A stretch of 64,000 nt of DNA, from assembly GCA_965203805.1 (NCBI GenBank), contig OZ241917.1:4384001-4448000 (forward strand), in the 5' to 3' direction. The DNA is from Candidatus Latescibacterota bacterium (GTDB lineage: Bacteria > Latescibacterota > UBA2968 > GCA-2709665). This document shows, one piece after another, positions 39,632-50,636 of this stretch (the stretch's first letter is position 1; each line of letters starts with the position of its first letter). The notes under the pieces were generated by a model. It was not told where the DNA came from and ran no database searches. It saw nothing but the letters and a program-made list of their open reading frames with translations. A program made the translations under genes and the position numbers.

Positions 39632-41485
39632 TCAGCCGGCCTGGCGTGCGGCTCCGTCCTCGTCCGCGGAGAGCACGCGGGGCGACAGGGCCTCCAGTTG
39701 CGCCAGGGGCGCCTCCAGGCTGCGAATCGCCTGCACCCAGAAGTCCGGCTGTTCGAGGTCGCTTCCGATACTGCGTTTCGCCACGTTCTCGGCGTTGTCG
39801 CTGCCGGTTAACCGCAGGAAACTTTCGTACCGGGGCAGGAAGTCCGGCCCCTCCTTCTTGAACATGGCAAAGAGCCCGCGGCTCAGCAGATAGCCGAACG
39901 TGTACGGAAAATTGTAAAACGTGACTCCCGTGATATAGAAATGGAGCTTGGAAGCCCAGAACCAGGGGTCCTCTTGCTCCTCCTGAAGCACGTCGCCGAA
40001 TACCCCGCGCTGCTTCTCGGTCATCAGCGCCTTCAACCGGGATACGCTCAGTTCTCCGCTGCCGCGCTCTTCATAGAGCGCCTTTTCGAACTCAAACCGC
40101 ACCGGGATGTCCATCAGATAAGCGCCGGCGTGTCCCACCTCCGAGTCGAGAACCACGGCTTTCCGGAGGTCGTCCGCATCCGGGTCCGAAAGGACGCCGT
40201 CGGCCAGAATCATCTCCGCGAACGTCGAGGCCGACTCCGCCAGCGTCATGGGATAATGCCTTGCGAAGGGCCGCAAATCGCGCATCACGTGGCTGTGAAA
40301 CGCGTGCCCGGCCTCGTGCGCGAGCGTCAGGGTGTCGCCCATCGTATTGTTGTACGTCATGAATATCCGAGACTCGGAGATCATCGTCGATCCCGTACAG
40401 AAGCCCCCGGGACGTTTCCCGGCGCGTGGCTCGTAGTCGATCCACCGCCTGTCGTACATGTCCTGGGTAAACCTTCCCAGGGCCGGATAGGCCCTGGCGA
40501 ACGCACCCTGCACCATGGCGGTCCCCTCATCCCAATCCATCGGCGACACATCGGGAAAGGGCAGCGGCGCGCCGAGGTCATACCAGGCCACCTTGTCCAC
40601 GCCCATCGCCTTCGCCCGGAAACGCTGGATCCGTCGCCCCACCTCGATTTCGGAGAATATCGCGTCGAACATCGCATCGAGCGTCTTCCGCGTGATGGCG
40701 GACTGGAACAGGGCGACCTCCAGAAAGTGCGGCACCTCGCGATAGCGATTCATGGTCAGCCGCGTACCGGAGATTGCGTTCAATGCGGCCGCCGCGACGT
40801 CTTCCACGCTCTCCCACGCGGCATTGCCCCTCTCGAACGCGGCCCGCCGGACCCGTCGGTCCGGATTCTCCATCAGCGACCGCCGCTGCGAAATGGGTAC
40901 CTTCTCCTCCCGGCCGCCGGGAAACCGCATCTCGAACTCCAGCTTTCCCGACAGGGTATCGTAGAGCCGGCCCCACGCCGAGATACCGTCCACTCTCAGG
41001 TCCGCCGCGAGCGACTCTCTCGCCGAGTCCATCGTGTACCGCGCCTCGCGGCGCATCCGTGCCAGGGCATAGCCTGCGTCCGAAAGCGAGTCCCGGCTCG
41101 CGAGCGCCTCGAAGGCTTCGTCGGACGCCGCCTTCAATCCCCTCAACAACTCCGTCTGAAGCTTGGACGCCTCGGCGTATTGAAGCGTCAATGCGGCTTC
41201 CTCCTTCAGATACGTCTCGTTTCGGGCGTCGGCGGCCGTCAGACATCCCACGTAGGAGGCCAGATGGCGCAGCCGGGCGAACAGGTCTTCGCAACGGACG
41301 AAGACGTCTCCCCAGGATTCAATATTACCGTCGTCCAACTGCTCCAGCGTCCTCGCCGTGTCCAGCAGGTCCCGGGTATCCGAGTCCAGTTCCTGCTTGA
41401 ACCGCTCCATCTCGGGCCCGTTGAACGCCGGGAAGTAGCTTGTCAGGTCCCAGTTCATCCCCTCTTCGACAGCAGTCTCCACCAT
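39632..41485 (-). CDS. pepF: Oligoendopeptidase F (M3B)
   Basis: GKRPGGFC, LAHEAGHAFH, AESASTFAE, FYNFPYTFG. Confidence 0.92.
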   Translation of the reverse strand: MVETAVEEGMNWDLTSYFPAFNGPEMERFKQELDSDTRDLLDTARTLEQLDDGNIESWGDVFVRCEDLFARLRHLASYVGCLTAADARNETYLKEEAALTLQYAEASKLQTELLRGLKAASDEAFEALASRDSLSDAGYALARMRREARYTMDSARESLAADLRVDGISAWGRLYDTLSGKLEFEMRFPGGREEKVPISQRRSLMENPDRRVRRAAFERGNAAWESVEDVAAAALNAISGTRLTMNRYREVPHFLEVALFQSAITRKTLDAMFDAIFSEIEVGRRIQRFRAKAMGVDKVAWYDLGAPLPFPDVSPMDWDEGTAMVQGAFARAYPALGRFTQDMYDRRWIDYEPRAGKRPGGFCTGSTMISESRIFMTYNNTMGDTLTLAHEAGHAFHSHVMRDLRPFARHYPMTLAESASTFAEMILADGVLSDPDADDLRKAVVLDSEVGHAGAYLMDIPVRFEFEKALYEERGSGELSVSRLKALMTEKQRGVFGDVLQEEQEDPWFWASKLHFYITGVTFYNFPYTFGYLLSRGLFAMFKKEGPDFLPRYESFLRLTGSDNAENVAKRSIGSDLEQPDFWVQAIRSLEAPLAQLEALSPRVLSADEDGAARQAG

Positions 41486-41496
41486 TCGTTCCTTTC

Positions 41497-42633
41497 TCAG
41501 ATTTCGTGTTCCACGCCCAGAATCCTTGCCGTGGTCCCCCCCATGATCATCTTCAGATCGTCCCCGCCCAGGAACGTGCAGTACTTCTCAATCCACCGCC
41601 TGGATTGCCGGTAGGTACAGAACCTGTTCTGAAACGGCATGTCCGTGCCCCAGTTCAGGTGATCTGCGCCCACATGCTCGACCATGGACTCCAGGACCGG
41701 CCAGACCTCACGGTAGGGAAAGTCGAACCAGTCTCCGATTCGGACCGGAAAGCAGACTTCCAGATTGCAGTTGGGGTTCTCGAACGGCAACCAGATGTCG
41801 GGCGGCATGGGCATGAAAACGTCGTCCGCGACGAACGCGCGCCAGGGAAATCCGTGGGTCAGGTTGACCACCACGTCCGGGTACCGTTCCATCCAGCGGA
41901 TCAACGTCTTCTGTTCGTCCAGGTAGCCCTGACGGGCGCCGTCCGGCGTCATCCGCCGCGTCACGTCTCCCGGTCCGGAGCCCAGCGTAAAGAAGATCGG
42001 CACGCCCAGAGACGTCGCCGCGTCCCAGAACGGGTGACATGATGGCGCGTCCCACGGTTCGGCGGTGCCGAAATAGGCCGGCCGGGCGTTGAACTTGATC
42101 GCGTGGAGACGATGTACCGCAATGGCTGTCCGGAGTTCTTCGATGACCGCATCCGTTTCGGTACGGATGCGCCACTCGTCCACGGGCGCCATGGAACGGA
42201 GCCGGTCGGGGTACTGACGCACGCAATCGGCAAGGAATTCGCTGTTGCGGGTCAACATCGGATTCGTATGGATGAGCGCCATGTCCACGCCCGCGTAATC
42301 CATCTCCGCGATCAGGCTGTGCGGCGTGAACTCCAGGTTCCGCAAGTTGGGCGGATAGAATTGTTTCGTATAGTCCTCTCCGTCGATCGTCCAGACCACG
42401 CGCCCCTTCTGTCTGTCCACGCGGAAGTCCGCATCGGGCAGGTCCCGCCAGGACTCGTAATCCCGCGGGATGAGTCCGTCCGAAGTCGCCGGCGCCCGGT
42501 CCCGCACGCGCCAGGCCGGCTGATGGTGCAGTCCCTGGGCCTCCTGGACCCACTTCAGGTGCGCCGCGCTGTCTTCGAACCCGGCCGGATCGTCCCCCGG
42601 CTCGAAACAATACGCGTGGGAATCGAATATCAT
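41497..42633 (-). CDS. Amidohydrolase family protein
   Basis: IFDSHAY, EMDYAGVD, WGTDMPF, MGGTTARIL. Confidence 0.85.
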   Translation of the reverse strand: MIFDSHAYCFEPGDDPAGFEDSAAHLKWVQEAQGLHHQPAWRVRDRAPATSDGLIPRDYESWRDLPDADFRVDRQKGRVVWTIDGEDYTKQFYPPNLRNLEFTPHSLIAEMDYAGVDMALIHTNPMLTRNSEFLADCVRQYPDRLRSMAPVDEWRIRTETDAVIEELRTAIAVHRLHAIKFNARPAYFGTAEPWDAPSCHPFWDAATSLGVPIFFTLGSGPGDVTRRMTPDGARQGYLDEQKTLIRWMERYPDVVVNLTHGFPWRAFVADDVFMPMPPDIWLPFENPNCNLEVCFPVRIGDWFDFPYREVWPVLESMVEHVGADHLNWGTDMPFQNRFCTYRQSRRWIEKYCTFLGGDDLKMIMGGTTARILGVEHEI

Positions 42634-42642
42634 ATTCGGCTC

Positions 42643-43443
42643 CTAAGCCGCGTTTTGTTCGGGCATCATTGCGCCTTCACCGAAGATCATCGAGAACGAC
42701 GACTTTCGACTGGATTGTGTCCGCGCGTCGATATAACACGCGCTGAACGCCCGCCTGGGAATGTCCATCCGGTTCACCCCGGACCGGTGCAGCAGCCAGT
42801 TGTGAAGAATCACCACGTCCCCGGCGTCCATCGTCAGGTCCACGATCCGGTCTTCAGGGCACCACTCCTGCTCGTGTTCGTCCGAAATCGTGTGCCCCTG
42901 CTCGCTGAGAATGCCCAGATGGTGGGACCCCGGCACCACCTGCACGCATCCGTTCTCCGGTGTGGCCGGGTCCAGCGCCGTCCAGACCGTGACCAGCGGG
43001 TCCCGGTCCACGTACCATGAAGACCCTCCGTCCTGATGCCAGGGCAGGTCGGAGCCCTTATGCGCGGGTTTGTTCATGAACATCGCCCGGAAACATGCGA
43101 TCGACGCGTGCGCGCCGTATATATATGCGCAAATTTCCCCGAAGACCGGCTTCTGCATATAGGCCAGAAACAGGGAATCGAACTCCAGACCCTGAATCTT
43201 GCGGTAATTCAGACTCGCTCCCTGGTGGCCGATTCCGCCGCCCCGCACCTCTTCGTACCGGTCGGTGTTCGCGTCGATCTGCATCGTCAACCGGCCGTAG
43301 TCCAGCGACGCCCTACCCAGCATGATCTCGTCGATCCGCCGCTGCAAACCGGCCAGTTCCTCTTTGCTGCATTGCATGCCGATTTTCAGGAATCCGTCCC
43401 GGTGGTAATCGCTCCACCGGTCCTGCGAAATGATCCGCTGCAT
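42643..43443 (-). CDS. Phytanoyl-CoA dioxygenase (PhyH) family
   Basis: PWHQDG, ENGCVQVVPGSH, LLHRSGVN..RRA. Confidence 0.92.
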   Translation of the reverse strand: MQRIISQDRWSDYHRDGFLKIGMQCSKEELAGLQRRIDEIMLGRASLDYGRLTMQIDANTDRYEEVRGGGIGHQGASLNYRKIQGLEFDSLFLAYMQKPVFGEICAYIYGAHASIACFRAMFMNKPAHKGSDLPWHQDGGSSWYVDRDPLVTVWTALDPATPENGCVQVVPGSHHLGILSEQGHTISDEHEQEWCPEDRIVDLTMDAGDVVILHNWLLHRSGVNRMDIPRRAFSACYIDARTQSSRKSSFSMIFGEGAMMPEQNAA

Positions 43444-43516
43444 AAAGTTATCCCCCAATGTCGATGGAATCGACGGCGTGTGCTCCACAAGTTGGTCCGG
43501 TTCGGGATGTCCATCG

Positions 43517-45091
43517 TCACGACGAGGATGCCAGCCGGTCGCGTACGACCTGCTTCCGGATTTTTCCCACCGACGTCCTCGGCAGCGCATCCACGAACGC
43601 GACCCGGTCCGGGACCTTGAACGCCGCGAGCCGCTTCGCGCAATACGACCGTATCGTTTCCTCGCTCTCATTCGCGTCCGGTACCAACACGACGGCCGCG
43701 ACGACGCGTTCGTCGCGAATCTCGTCGGGAACGCCCACCACACAGACATCCGCCACACCCGAGCACTCCTGGATCACCCCCTCCACTTCGATGCTCGAGA
43801 TATTCTCTCCGGAACGCTTGATGAGGTCCTTTCCCCGGTCCAGAAAATACAGAAACCCGTCTTCATCCGCACGTACTGTATCTCCTGAATACAGCCAGGT
43901 CCCGTCCGCCCGTCGCCGCAGGGTTTCGGCCGTGGCCTCCGGATTCTTCAGATAACCCAGCATGACCGTTCGTCCGGGAATTCCCCGCACAATCAATTCG
44001 CCCGGCCTACCCGCACACACTTCCCCGCCCTTTCCGTCCACCACGTTCACGCCGTACCCGGGCACCGGCTTCCCCATTGCCGAAAGGTTGCGCTCGTCCG
44101 TCAACGGACTCATCACCGGGAGCCCGCACGTCTCCGTCATCCCCCACAACTGCTGCAGCGGCGCCCTGAACCGCCGGCGCCAGGCTTCGTATTGGCTCGA
44201 CGTGAGATTCTGGGCGAAGGTGACGTTCCGGATCCCGTGGGCTGCGTCGGTCTTCCGCGCCGGCTGGTTCAGCAGCATCCGCAGCAATGCCCCGAACATC
44301 GCGGCCATTGTGCAGCCGTATACGATCGCCTGTTCGAAGAACCGGCCCGCGCTGAACCGGGACATCACCGCCACGCTCGCGCCGGTCACCAGAGACGGCC
44401 ACAGCGCGTGGCACTGCGCGCCCGCGTGAAAGAGGGGAAGCACCACCAGGTGCCGGTCGTCCCGCCGCAGCCCCGAACCCGCGGCGAACACTTCCGCGCC
44501 GTAGACGAAACAGGCATTGGTGAGCATCACCCCTTTAGGCCGCGAGGTCGTGCCGGAGGTGTAAAGGAGCTGCACCACACGCTCGGCCGCGCCGCGTCCG
44601 TCGGGCGGTTCCGCGCGCTGCCCGGAGAGCGCGTCTTCGTAAACCGGGTATCCGCCGGGGACCTCGTCGCCCGTTTTGCATACCACAACGGGAATCTTCG
44701 AATCCGCCGCGACCTGTTTGGCCGCGTCCAGACTTCCCGGCTCTGCAAATATCAACCTGCTCCCGGAATGCCCGACCAGGTACGCCAGTTCATCCTCCGT
44801 GGAAGCCGGATTCGTGGGCATTGCCGTCGCCCCGAGGTGCGATGCGGCGAGGATCAGCTGCGCATAGGCCGGATGGTTGGACAGGTGCAGGTTGAAGACG
44901 TCCCCGGCGCGGATCCCGAACTCGCCCAGCAGATTGACTGCCTGATGCACACCCTCCAGGAACGCGGCGTACGTCCAGCGGCAGACCCTCCCGTCCGCCC
45001 GTTCGTAGACCATCCACTCCCGGTCCGGTTGCCTGCCGGCGTAATCTGCGAAATCCAGGTACAGCGTCCGGTCCGCCGCAACGTCGATCAT
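43517..45091 (-). CDS. Acyl-CoA ligase, crotonobetaine/carnitine-CoA ligase-like
   Basis: YTSGTTSRPKG, WGMTET, SGD, KRSGENIS, PRTSVGK. Confidence 0.9.
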   Translation of the reverse strand: MIDVAADRTLYLDFADYAGRQPDREWMVYERADGRVCRWTYAAFLEGVHQAVNLLGEFGIRAGDVFNLHLSNHPAYAQLILAASHLGATAMPTNPASTEDELAYLVGHSGSRLIFAEPGSLDAAKQVAADSKIPVVVCKTGDEVPGGYPVYEDALSGQRAEPPDGRGAAERVVQLLYTSGTTSRPKGVMLTNACFVYGAEVFAAGSGLRRDDRHLVVLPLFHAGAQCHALWPSLVTGASVAVMSRFSAGRFFEQAIVYGCTMAAMFGALLRMLLNQPARKTDAAHGIRNVTFAQNLTSSQYEAWRRRFRAPLQQLWGMTETCGLPVMSPLTDERNLSAMGKPVPGYGVNVVDGKGGEVCAGRPGELIVRGIPGRTVMLGYLKNPEATAETLRRRADGTWLYSGDTVRADEDGFLYFLDRGKDLIKRSGENISSIEVEGVIQECSGVADVCVVGVPDEIRDERVVAAVVLVPDANESEETIRSYCAKRLAAFKVPDRVAFVDALPRTSVGKIRKQVVRDRLASSS

Positions 45092-45852
45092 CGGTCTTTC
45101 TTTCGCGCGATGAACGCCGCCACGTTCGCCCGCGCCTCGTCCGTACCGAAACAGGCCTCGAACGCTTCCGAGGCGGCGTCATCCCAGCCGGGGTCGCGGG
45201 CGGCGGAGATCCGGTTCAGCAGGGCTCTGGTCTCTCTCAGCGCTGCCGGCGGAAACGACGCCAGACGCAGCGCGAACGACCTGACGCGATCCCTCAACGC
45301 GTCGTCCGCGACGCAATCGTGCACCAGGCCGAACGCCTTCGCCTCCTCGCCGGTGACCGTTTCGCACCCCAGAGCGATCCACCTTGCGGCCGACCCGCCG
45401 ACAGCGTCCACCAGCCGGCCCATCCCCCACGGCGGCGTCCACCCCAGTTCCACCTCCGGCATGCCCAGCCTCGCCGATGACGATGCGATCCGGAAGTCGT
45501 GATACATCGCCATCACGACCCCGCCGCCGAGCACGTGGCCGTGAAGCATTGCGACGGTGGGCTGGGGGATCGCCTCGAGCATGGCGAAGGCGTCCGCGTG
45601 CTCCTTTTCCGCGTCCGCGGCTTCCCGTGCCGAAAGCGGCGCCAGGTCTTTCAGATCGCTGCCCGCGCAGAACGCCCGTCCCGCGCCGCCGGTGACCACA
45701 ACCCGCACGTCTTCCCGATCGCGTATCCCCTCGAGGTGCGCCCTGAACGCGCGCACACTTTCGAGATCCATCGCATTCAACACCTCGGGCCTGTTCAACG
45801 TCAGCCAGGCGATTCCGTTGTCAACCGTCAGATCGATCATGGCTTTCTTCAA
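45088..45852 (-). CDS. Enoyl-CoA hydratase/isomerase
   Basis: LNRPEVLNAM, AFCAGSDL, GHVLGGG, MPEVELG. Confidence 0.92.
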   Translation of the reverse strand: MKKAMIDLTVDNGIAWLTLNRPEVLNAMDLESVRAFRAHLEGIRDREDVRVVVTGGAGRAFCAGSDLKDLAPLSAREAADAEKEHADAFAMLEAIPQPTVAMLHGHVLGGGVVMAMYHDFRIASSSARLGMPEVELGWTPPWGMGRLVDAVGGSAARWIALGCETVTGEEAKAFGLVHDCVADDALRDRVRSFALRLASFPPAALRETRALLNRISAARDPGWDDAASEAFEACFGTDEARANVAAFIARKKDR

Positions 45853-45871
45853 TTCATTTCAACCGGAACTA

Positions 45872-46272
45872 ACATGGATGGGCAGGATGGACAGGATAAA
45901 AACCAAAATGCGCGAGAAAGGCACGAGAAAACGAGGAAAACCGAAAAACGCCAGAAAACGAGTAACGGCAGTGAATCGATTCACCAGACTGTGCGTCGTC
46001 ATTCCGGCCACCTTTAAGCCCCAACATTTCGCAGGCCAACCCGATTCCGGATACTCCTGGACGACCTTTACGCCCCGTTTCGGAAGTTCTCCCCGCAGTG
46101 TCGGCTTGATGGATTTTTCGACCTGAGGCAAATTGCCGCAAGAGGCGCAAAACAGCTATCCTGTTACAGGGCGCATAGCCGAACGTCCAGGAATTACCTG
46201 CAGCGTCACGGCGTTACGGCACACGCCGATTCGCAGCGATATTTTCTGTGCCCTTTGTGCCATTTGTGGCCA
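45872..46272. repeat. 9-nt-periodic repeats flanking a possible GxxExxY gene remnant
   Basis: ACATGGATG GGCAGGATG GACAGGATA; TTCTGTGCC CTTTGTGCC ATTTGTGGC; minus-strand EKSIKPTLRGELPKRGVKVVQEYP. Confidence 0.45.
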
Positions 46273-46321
46273 ATTTGACGGTTATCTTTTTTCAAATTGA
46301 GGTTGGCTCAAGCCCGGGGGT

Positions 46322-46816
46322 CTATGCGTGTTTTTTCGGATAGTCGTACGACACCATCCGCCCGAGACCGCCGGATACGTCGCCCCAGGATTCCACCTCC
46401 AGATCGATGCAGCAGACGGCGCAGGTGGGCATATAAATCGACGCGTCCGAAGCGAGATACCCGGCCAGGTCGGAGAAACCCGGATTATGTCCTACCAGGA
46501 TCACTTCGCCGCAATCGTCCGGAAGCTCCCGCACGACCCCAACCAGGTCTTGAAGGCTCGCCTCGTATACCGCCGTCTCCTTCGTGATCTTCCCGGCGGG
46601 AAATCCCAATGCCTTTGCGATCGCGCGGGATGTCTTCATCGCTCGTTTTGCAGGACTGGAGACGATCATATCGGGTCTGGCGCCGTCTTTTTTCATTCGT
46701 GCGCCCATTAACGGCGCGTCCCGTTTGCCGCGTTTGTTCAACGTGCGCTCGAAATCGCCGAGCGACGGATCGCTCCAACTCGACTTCGCGTGTCGAATCA
46801 CATAAAGCCGTTTCAT
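46322..46816 (-). CDS. sixA: SixA-type phosphohistidine phosphatase
   Basis: RHAKSSW, SSPAKRA, LVGHNPG, MPTC. Confidence 0.88.
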   Translation of the reverse strand: MKRLYVIRHAKSSWSDPSLGDFERTLNKRGKRDAPLMGARMKKDGARPDMIVSSPAKRAMKTSRAIAKALGFPAGKITKETAVYEASLQDLVGVVRELPDDCGEVILVGHNPGFSDLAGYLASDASIYMPTCAVCCIDLEVESWGDVSGGLGRMVSYDYPKKHA

Positions 46817-46883
46817 GCGGTGACGCCTCCAACGCCTCTCGATGGCGGCCCTGGTCGACCCGGTCAGGCGGCAGGTGCGGCGC

Positions 46884-47771
46884 CTACGGATCGCGCACGG
46901 GTCCGCTACCGTCCCAGATCAGCCTGGGACCGCCGTCAAGACCATGAATGTGCCCGGTCTCCCGTTCCCGCGGGTATCCCAGACAATGTGATACATAGGT
47001 CACGCCCTCGATCTCGCGAAAGCGGTTTCGATGCTGGTGCCCGTATACGTGTATCGACGCCCCGATTCGCCGCACCTGCGCATCCAGGCCCCGGCATCCG
47101 GCGACGCGGCTGAAGTTGAACCCCGGATGGGGATCGGCCGGCCACTTCCCGGACGGCCGCCGTGCGGGCATGCCGTAAATCAGTTCCTTCCTCGGCAGAA
47201 AATGGCTGAACGAGATCACCGGCGCATCGTATTCCCGCGCGACGCACCTCTCGTTCAGGCGAAGGAAGAAATCTGCGGCCGGCCTCGCCGCCTCCGGCCA
47301 TCTGACGAAATGGTCATCGCTCCACATGGACAGCGTCGTGTCTTCGCCGGCTTTCGGTGAGTATAAACTGTCCGGCCCCTCCTCCGGTTTCAGATACCAC
47401 GAAAAGAGAGGAACGATCCACACGCCCGTCCCGTTGCCGGCCCTGCCGGGCCGCGTGTTGACGTCGAGTCGGTCGCAAAGGGCGAGTACCTGATCGAATT
47501 TGTCCAGAGATCCGCGGGGCGGCGTCGCTCTACGTACCCACAATTCGTGGTTTCCCGGGACGAAAAACAAACTCGAGAATCGGGACCGCAATTCCGACAG
47601 CGTCCTCTCCAGCCGGTCCATGCGGTCGGTGACGTCGCCGGCGAGGATCAACACGTCCCGCTGAAAATCGGACCGGGACAGCGCACGCACCCAGGCCAGA
47701 TTGAGCCTGGAGTCCACGTGGAGGTCGGACAGCGCGAATATGCGCAGCGTATCGTTTTCGGTCTCGCCCAT
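46884..47771 (-). CDS. Metallophosphoesterase
   Basis: SDLHVD, AGDV, PGNHELW, SHFLP, GHQH. Confidence 0.9.
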   Translation of the reverse strand: MGETENDTLRIFALSDLHVDSRLNLAWVRALSRSDFQRDVLILAGDVTDRMDRLERTLSELRSRFSSLFFVPGNHELWVRRATPPRGSLDKFDQVLALCDRLDVNTRPGRAGNGTGVWIVPLFSWYLKPEEGPDSLYSPKAGEDTTLSMWSDDHFVRWPEAARPAADFFLRLNERCVAREYDAPVISFSHFLPRKELIYGMPARRPSGKWPADPHPGFNFSRVAGCRGLDAQVRRIGASIHVYGHQHRNRFREIEGVTYVSHCLGYPRERETGHIHGLDGGPRLIWDGSGPVRDP

Positions 47772-47840
47772 GGCTGTCAACCCGTCCGCGCAGAGCAGAC
47801 GGTCATGGCCGCCTCCACGATTTGCGAAAGCAAACCGGCG

Positions 47841-48473
47841 TTATTCCCGTCTTACACGGCACACCGCCCGGGAACCGGCGTCACAGTACCAGAAATCCCC
47901 GTCCCACATCGTCATGCCGTGAGGCTCGGGATTCCCGTCGGGAATCCCGATCTTTTCGCGGACCGCTCCATCCGCAGGGTTCAACCGGTAGATTGCGCGG
48001 TGATTGGTTTCGACGCACCAGAAGTCCCCGTCCTCCCACGCAATGCCGTGCGGCCGGTCCCCGGGCGCCGGAATCGAATGTGACACTTCGAAGCCGTTCG
48101 CCACGTCCACCTGGTAGATCGTGGCCGACGGCGGCACGGCCATCCAAAGGCGGCCGTCGCGCATCTCCAGGCCGTGGGCGCCCGTTTCAACCGCGCCGGG
48201 GGTATCGAAGCGCTGCAACGTTTCGCCCGTCTGCCGGTCCACGTGGAGAATCTCCCGGCTGTACGTGGATGCCAGCCACAGCGCGGCGCCGGTGTCCGTA
48301 ATCCCGCTACCCTTGTCCGACGCCGTATCGAGCGTCTTTATCGATTCGCCCGAGAAGGAAACCAGAGCGACCTGGTTCGTCGCCTGGTCCAGAATCCAGA
48401 TCCCTTCAGACGTTGCCTGCATCCCGTTCGGATGCGGCCCGGGTGCGTCAAACTCGTGTGAAATGTCGACCAT
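47841..48473 (-). CDS. Small beta-propeller protein (Vgb/glutamine cyclotransferase-like)
   Basis: Repeating PHG-hydrophobic-W-DG-W blades. Confidence 0.7.
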   Translation of the reverse strand: MVDISHEFDAPGPHPNGMQATSEGIWILDQATNQVALVSFSGESIKTLDTASDKGSGITDTGAALWLASTYSREILHVDRQTGETLQRFDTPGAVETGAHGLEMRDGRLWMAVPPSATIYQVDVANGFEVSHSIPAPGDRPHGIAWEDGDFWCVETNHRAIYRLNPADGAVREKIGIPDGNPEPHGMTMWDGDFWYCDAGSRAVCRVRRE

Positions 48474-48523
48474 GAGAGCGTTCCCCGTTTCTCGTGTATG
48501 AGATTTCCCGATCTGCCAGCGAG

Positions 48524-49345
48524 TCACGCCACCCGCGTCGGCCTCGTATTCATCAGTCCGATAATGCTGTCGGGGTGCTCGTCGCGGGTGCTGAAACCCG
48601 GCGTGTCGCCGCGCCGCCTATAGCGCGTGGTGCGAACGTAGGGCGGGCTCATTTCCGGATAGCTGAAAGAGGAAGGATCCGCCTTCAGCTTCGCGATCGC
48701 CGTCAATGCCCCTTCGCGGATGAGCGCGCGGGACCGCGCCGGCGCCAGGTTGACGGCGCTCAGCTTGGCGCGGCTGTAGGCGTCCGCATCCAGGTCTTCG
48801 AGGCCGTCCGGGAGCAGGCCGCGTTTCACGCCGACCGTAACCACGCCGGGCGTGAGCGACTCGGCCTCACCAGCGAACGCTTCCTCGCCGGCGGCGAAAA
48901 TCGCGGGAACACCGAGTTCCATCGCGCACAACACCAGTTGCCCGTATTCTCCAATGGAAATCCCGTTGATCGCATAGTCCACGCACGCGAAACTCCCCGT
49001 GTGGGTCAGGTGCGAAAAGGGGGTACCCGCCTTCGCGTGCTGCCCCACGTACGCCAATCCATGGTACGATTCATTCAGACTCCACGGCCAGATCGGGTCC
49101 GCGTGTCCCCGCATCAACTGCGCACGTTCGTCGAGAAGCTCCGGATCCATCGCGCCGTGCCCGTGTCCGTCCACCACCAGGATCTCTTCCGCGCCGCCCT
49201 CACAGAAACCGTCCACCGCGGCGTTGACCTCCAGCGTCAGGAGTCTCTTCGCTTTGTCGTAATACATCGCCTCCGGCACGCACCAGTCCTCGAAATTCAG
49301 AATGCCCGCGACGCCTTCCAGGTCCGTCATAATCATCAGCTTCAT
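48524..49345 (-). CDS. dppA: M55 family D-aminopeptidase
   Basis: MTDLEGVAG, EVNAAVDG, DGHG, GQHA, HT, IGE. Confidence 0.88.
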   Translation of the reverse strand: MKLMIMTDLEGVAGILNFEDWCVPEAMYYDKAKRLLTLEVNAAVDGFCEGGAEEILVVDGHGHGAMDPELLDERAQLMRGHADPIWPWSLNESYHGLAYVGQHAKAGTPFSHLTHTGSFACVDYAINGISIGEYGQLVLCAMELGVPAIFAAGEEAFAGEAESLTPGVVTVGVKRGLLPDGLEDLDADAYSRAKLSAVNLAPARSRALIREGALTAIAKLKADPSSFSYPEMSPPYVRTTRYRRRGDTPGFSTRDEHPDSIIGLMNTRPTRVA

Positions 49346-49385
49346 CGCCGGTCTCCCGTCTATATGCGACCATCGTCTTATGCGT

Positions 49386-50597
49386 CTACGCTTCGCGCCC
49401 GACCCAGAAGTCGTTGAAGCCCGTCACGGGCCCGTCGTCGTTCGGTCCGCTCGCAAGATCCAACCCGCCGAACAGGTACACCGCTTCATCCAGGGACACC
49501 ATGCCGGGTACGCGCCGGACCCCCGGAAGCGTCGCGGATGCCGAATAGTCTTTCGCCCCGTCGTGCGCATGAAGACACGTCCAGGCGCCGGTACGCAGAT
49601 TCAGGCGCCAGAGGTCATTCAATTGAGGTCCATTCACTTCTTCAGGCAGGAAAGCGCCCTGCGGTCCGAACCCGCCGAAAACGTACCATCGATCGCCGAT
49701 CCGGGCCGAACCGTGGCCGTACCGGGCAGAAGGCCGGTTTACCGCCCCGAAGTTATTCTCCGCGAGGCAGGTCCACGCGGACGTGGCCGGATCGAAGCAC
49801 CAGAGGTCGTTGTAGAACTGCGGATCGCGGTCCTGCGTATCCCGCCCTCCCCAGATGTAGATCCGGTCCTGCCAGGCCGTCATCGACATCACGTACCGCT
49901 TCGACGGCCACCCCGCGCCGCCTTCCGCTTCGATCCGCTCCCAGGTCCCCGCAGCGGTATCGTACGTCCAGAGTTGCCGGCTCAGCACCGCGGTTTCCAC
50001 CGTCGGAGGAAGCGGCGCCCGATGGCCCCATCCGCCAAAGAGATAGATCCTGCTCCCGATCACGGCCGTTCCGAACCCGCCGATGGTCGTCGGACGGCCC
50101 AGGCCTGCGCAGTCGGGGTGCTCCAGCAAGACGCCGTCGTCGGGCTCCAGCAGCGTCCAGCCCGCTTCCGTCGGGTCGTACATCCACAGATCGTTCAGCA
50201 GGGTGAACTTCCACCCTTCGCTCAGGATCGACAGCCCCCCGAACAGGTAGAACCTGCCGTCAATCTCAACCCACGCGGGCAGCATGCGGGCGCAGGGCCG
50301 GTCCGCCAAGACGTCAAAACCTGTCGCGCCGTCGTTCTCCTCCAGCAGGTCCCATTCTTCAGTCGCAGGATCGTACGCCCACATGTCGTTCAACCCGCCG
50401 AGCGTGGATTTATTTCCCTGCCCGGCGGAGGCGCCGTATCTGAGCGTACCACCGCCGAACATGTAAACGCGTCCCCGGAACGACAGCATCGCGCCCGGCG
50501 CTTCTCTGGCGCAGGGCACGTTGCCGTCAGTCGACTCGACGTGCGGATGGCACATCCGCCAACGGAATGTGGAGTCCATAGTATTCCTGGGCCGCAA
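49386..50597 (-). CDS. Kelch repeat protein
   Basis: Six Y-x-FGG...NDLW-x-YD repeats. Confidence 0.9.
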   Translation of the reverse strand: MRPRNTMDSTFRWRMCHPHVESTDGNVPCAREAPGAMLSFRGRVYMFGGGTLRYGASAGQGNKSTLGGLNDMWAYDPATEEWDLLEENDGATGFDVLADRPCARMLPAWVEIDGRFYLFGGLSILSEGWKFTLLNDLWMYDPTEAGWTLLEPDDGVLLEHPDCAGLGRPTTIGGFGTAVIGSRIYLFGGWGHRAPLPPTVETAVLSRQLWTYDTAAGTWERIEAEGGAGWPSKRYVMSMTAWQDRIYIWGGRDTQDRDPQFYNDLWCFDPATSAWTCLAENNFGAVNRPSARYGHGSARIGDRWYVFGGFGPQGAFLPEEVNGPQLNDLWRLNLRTGAWTCLHAHDGAKDYSASATLPGVRRVPGMVSLDEAVYLFGGLDLASGPNDDGPVTGFNDFWVGREA

Positions 50598-50636
50598 TTC
50601 CTGATTCCGCGAGTACCCGTTTCGCCTGCCGCCGGA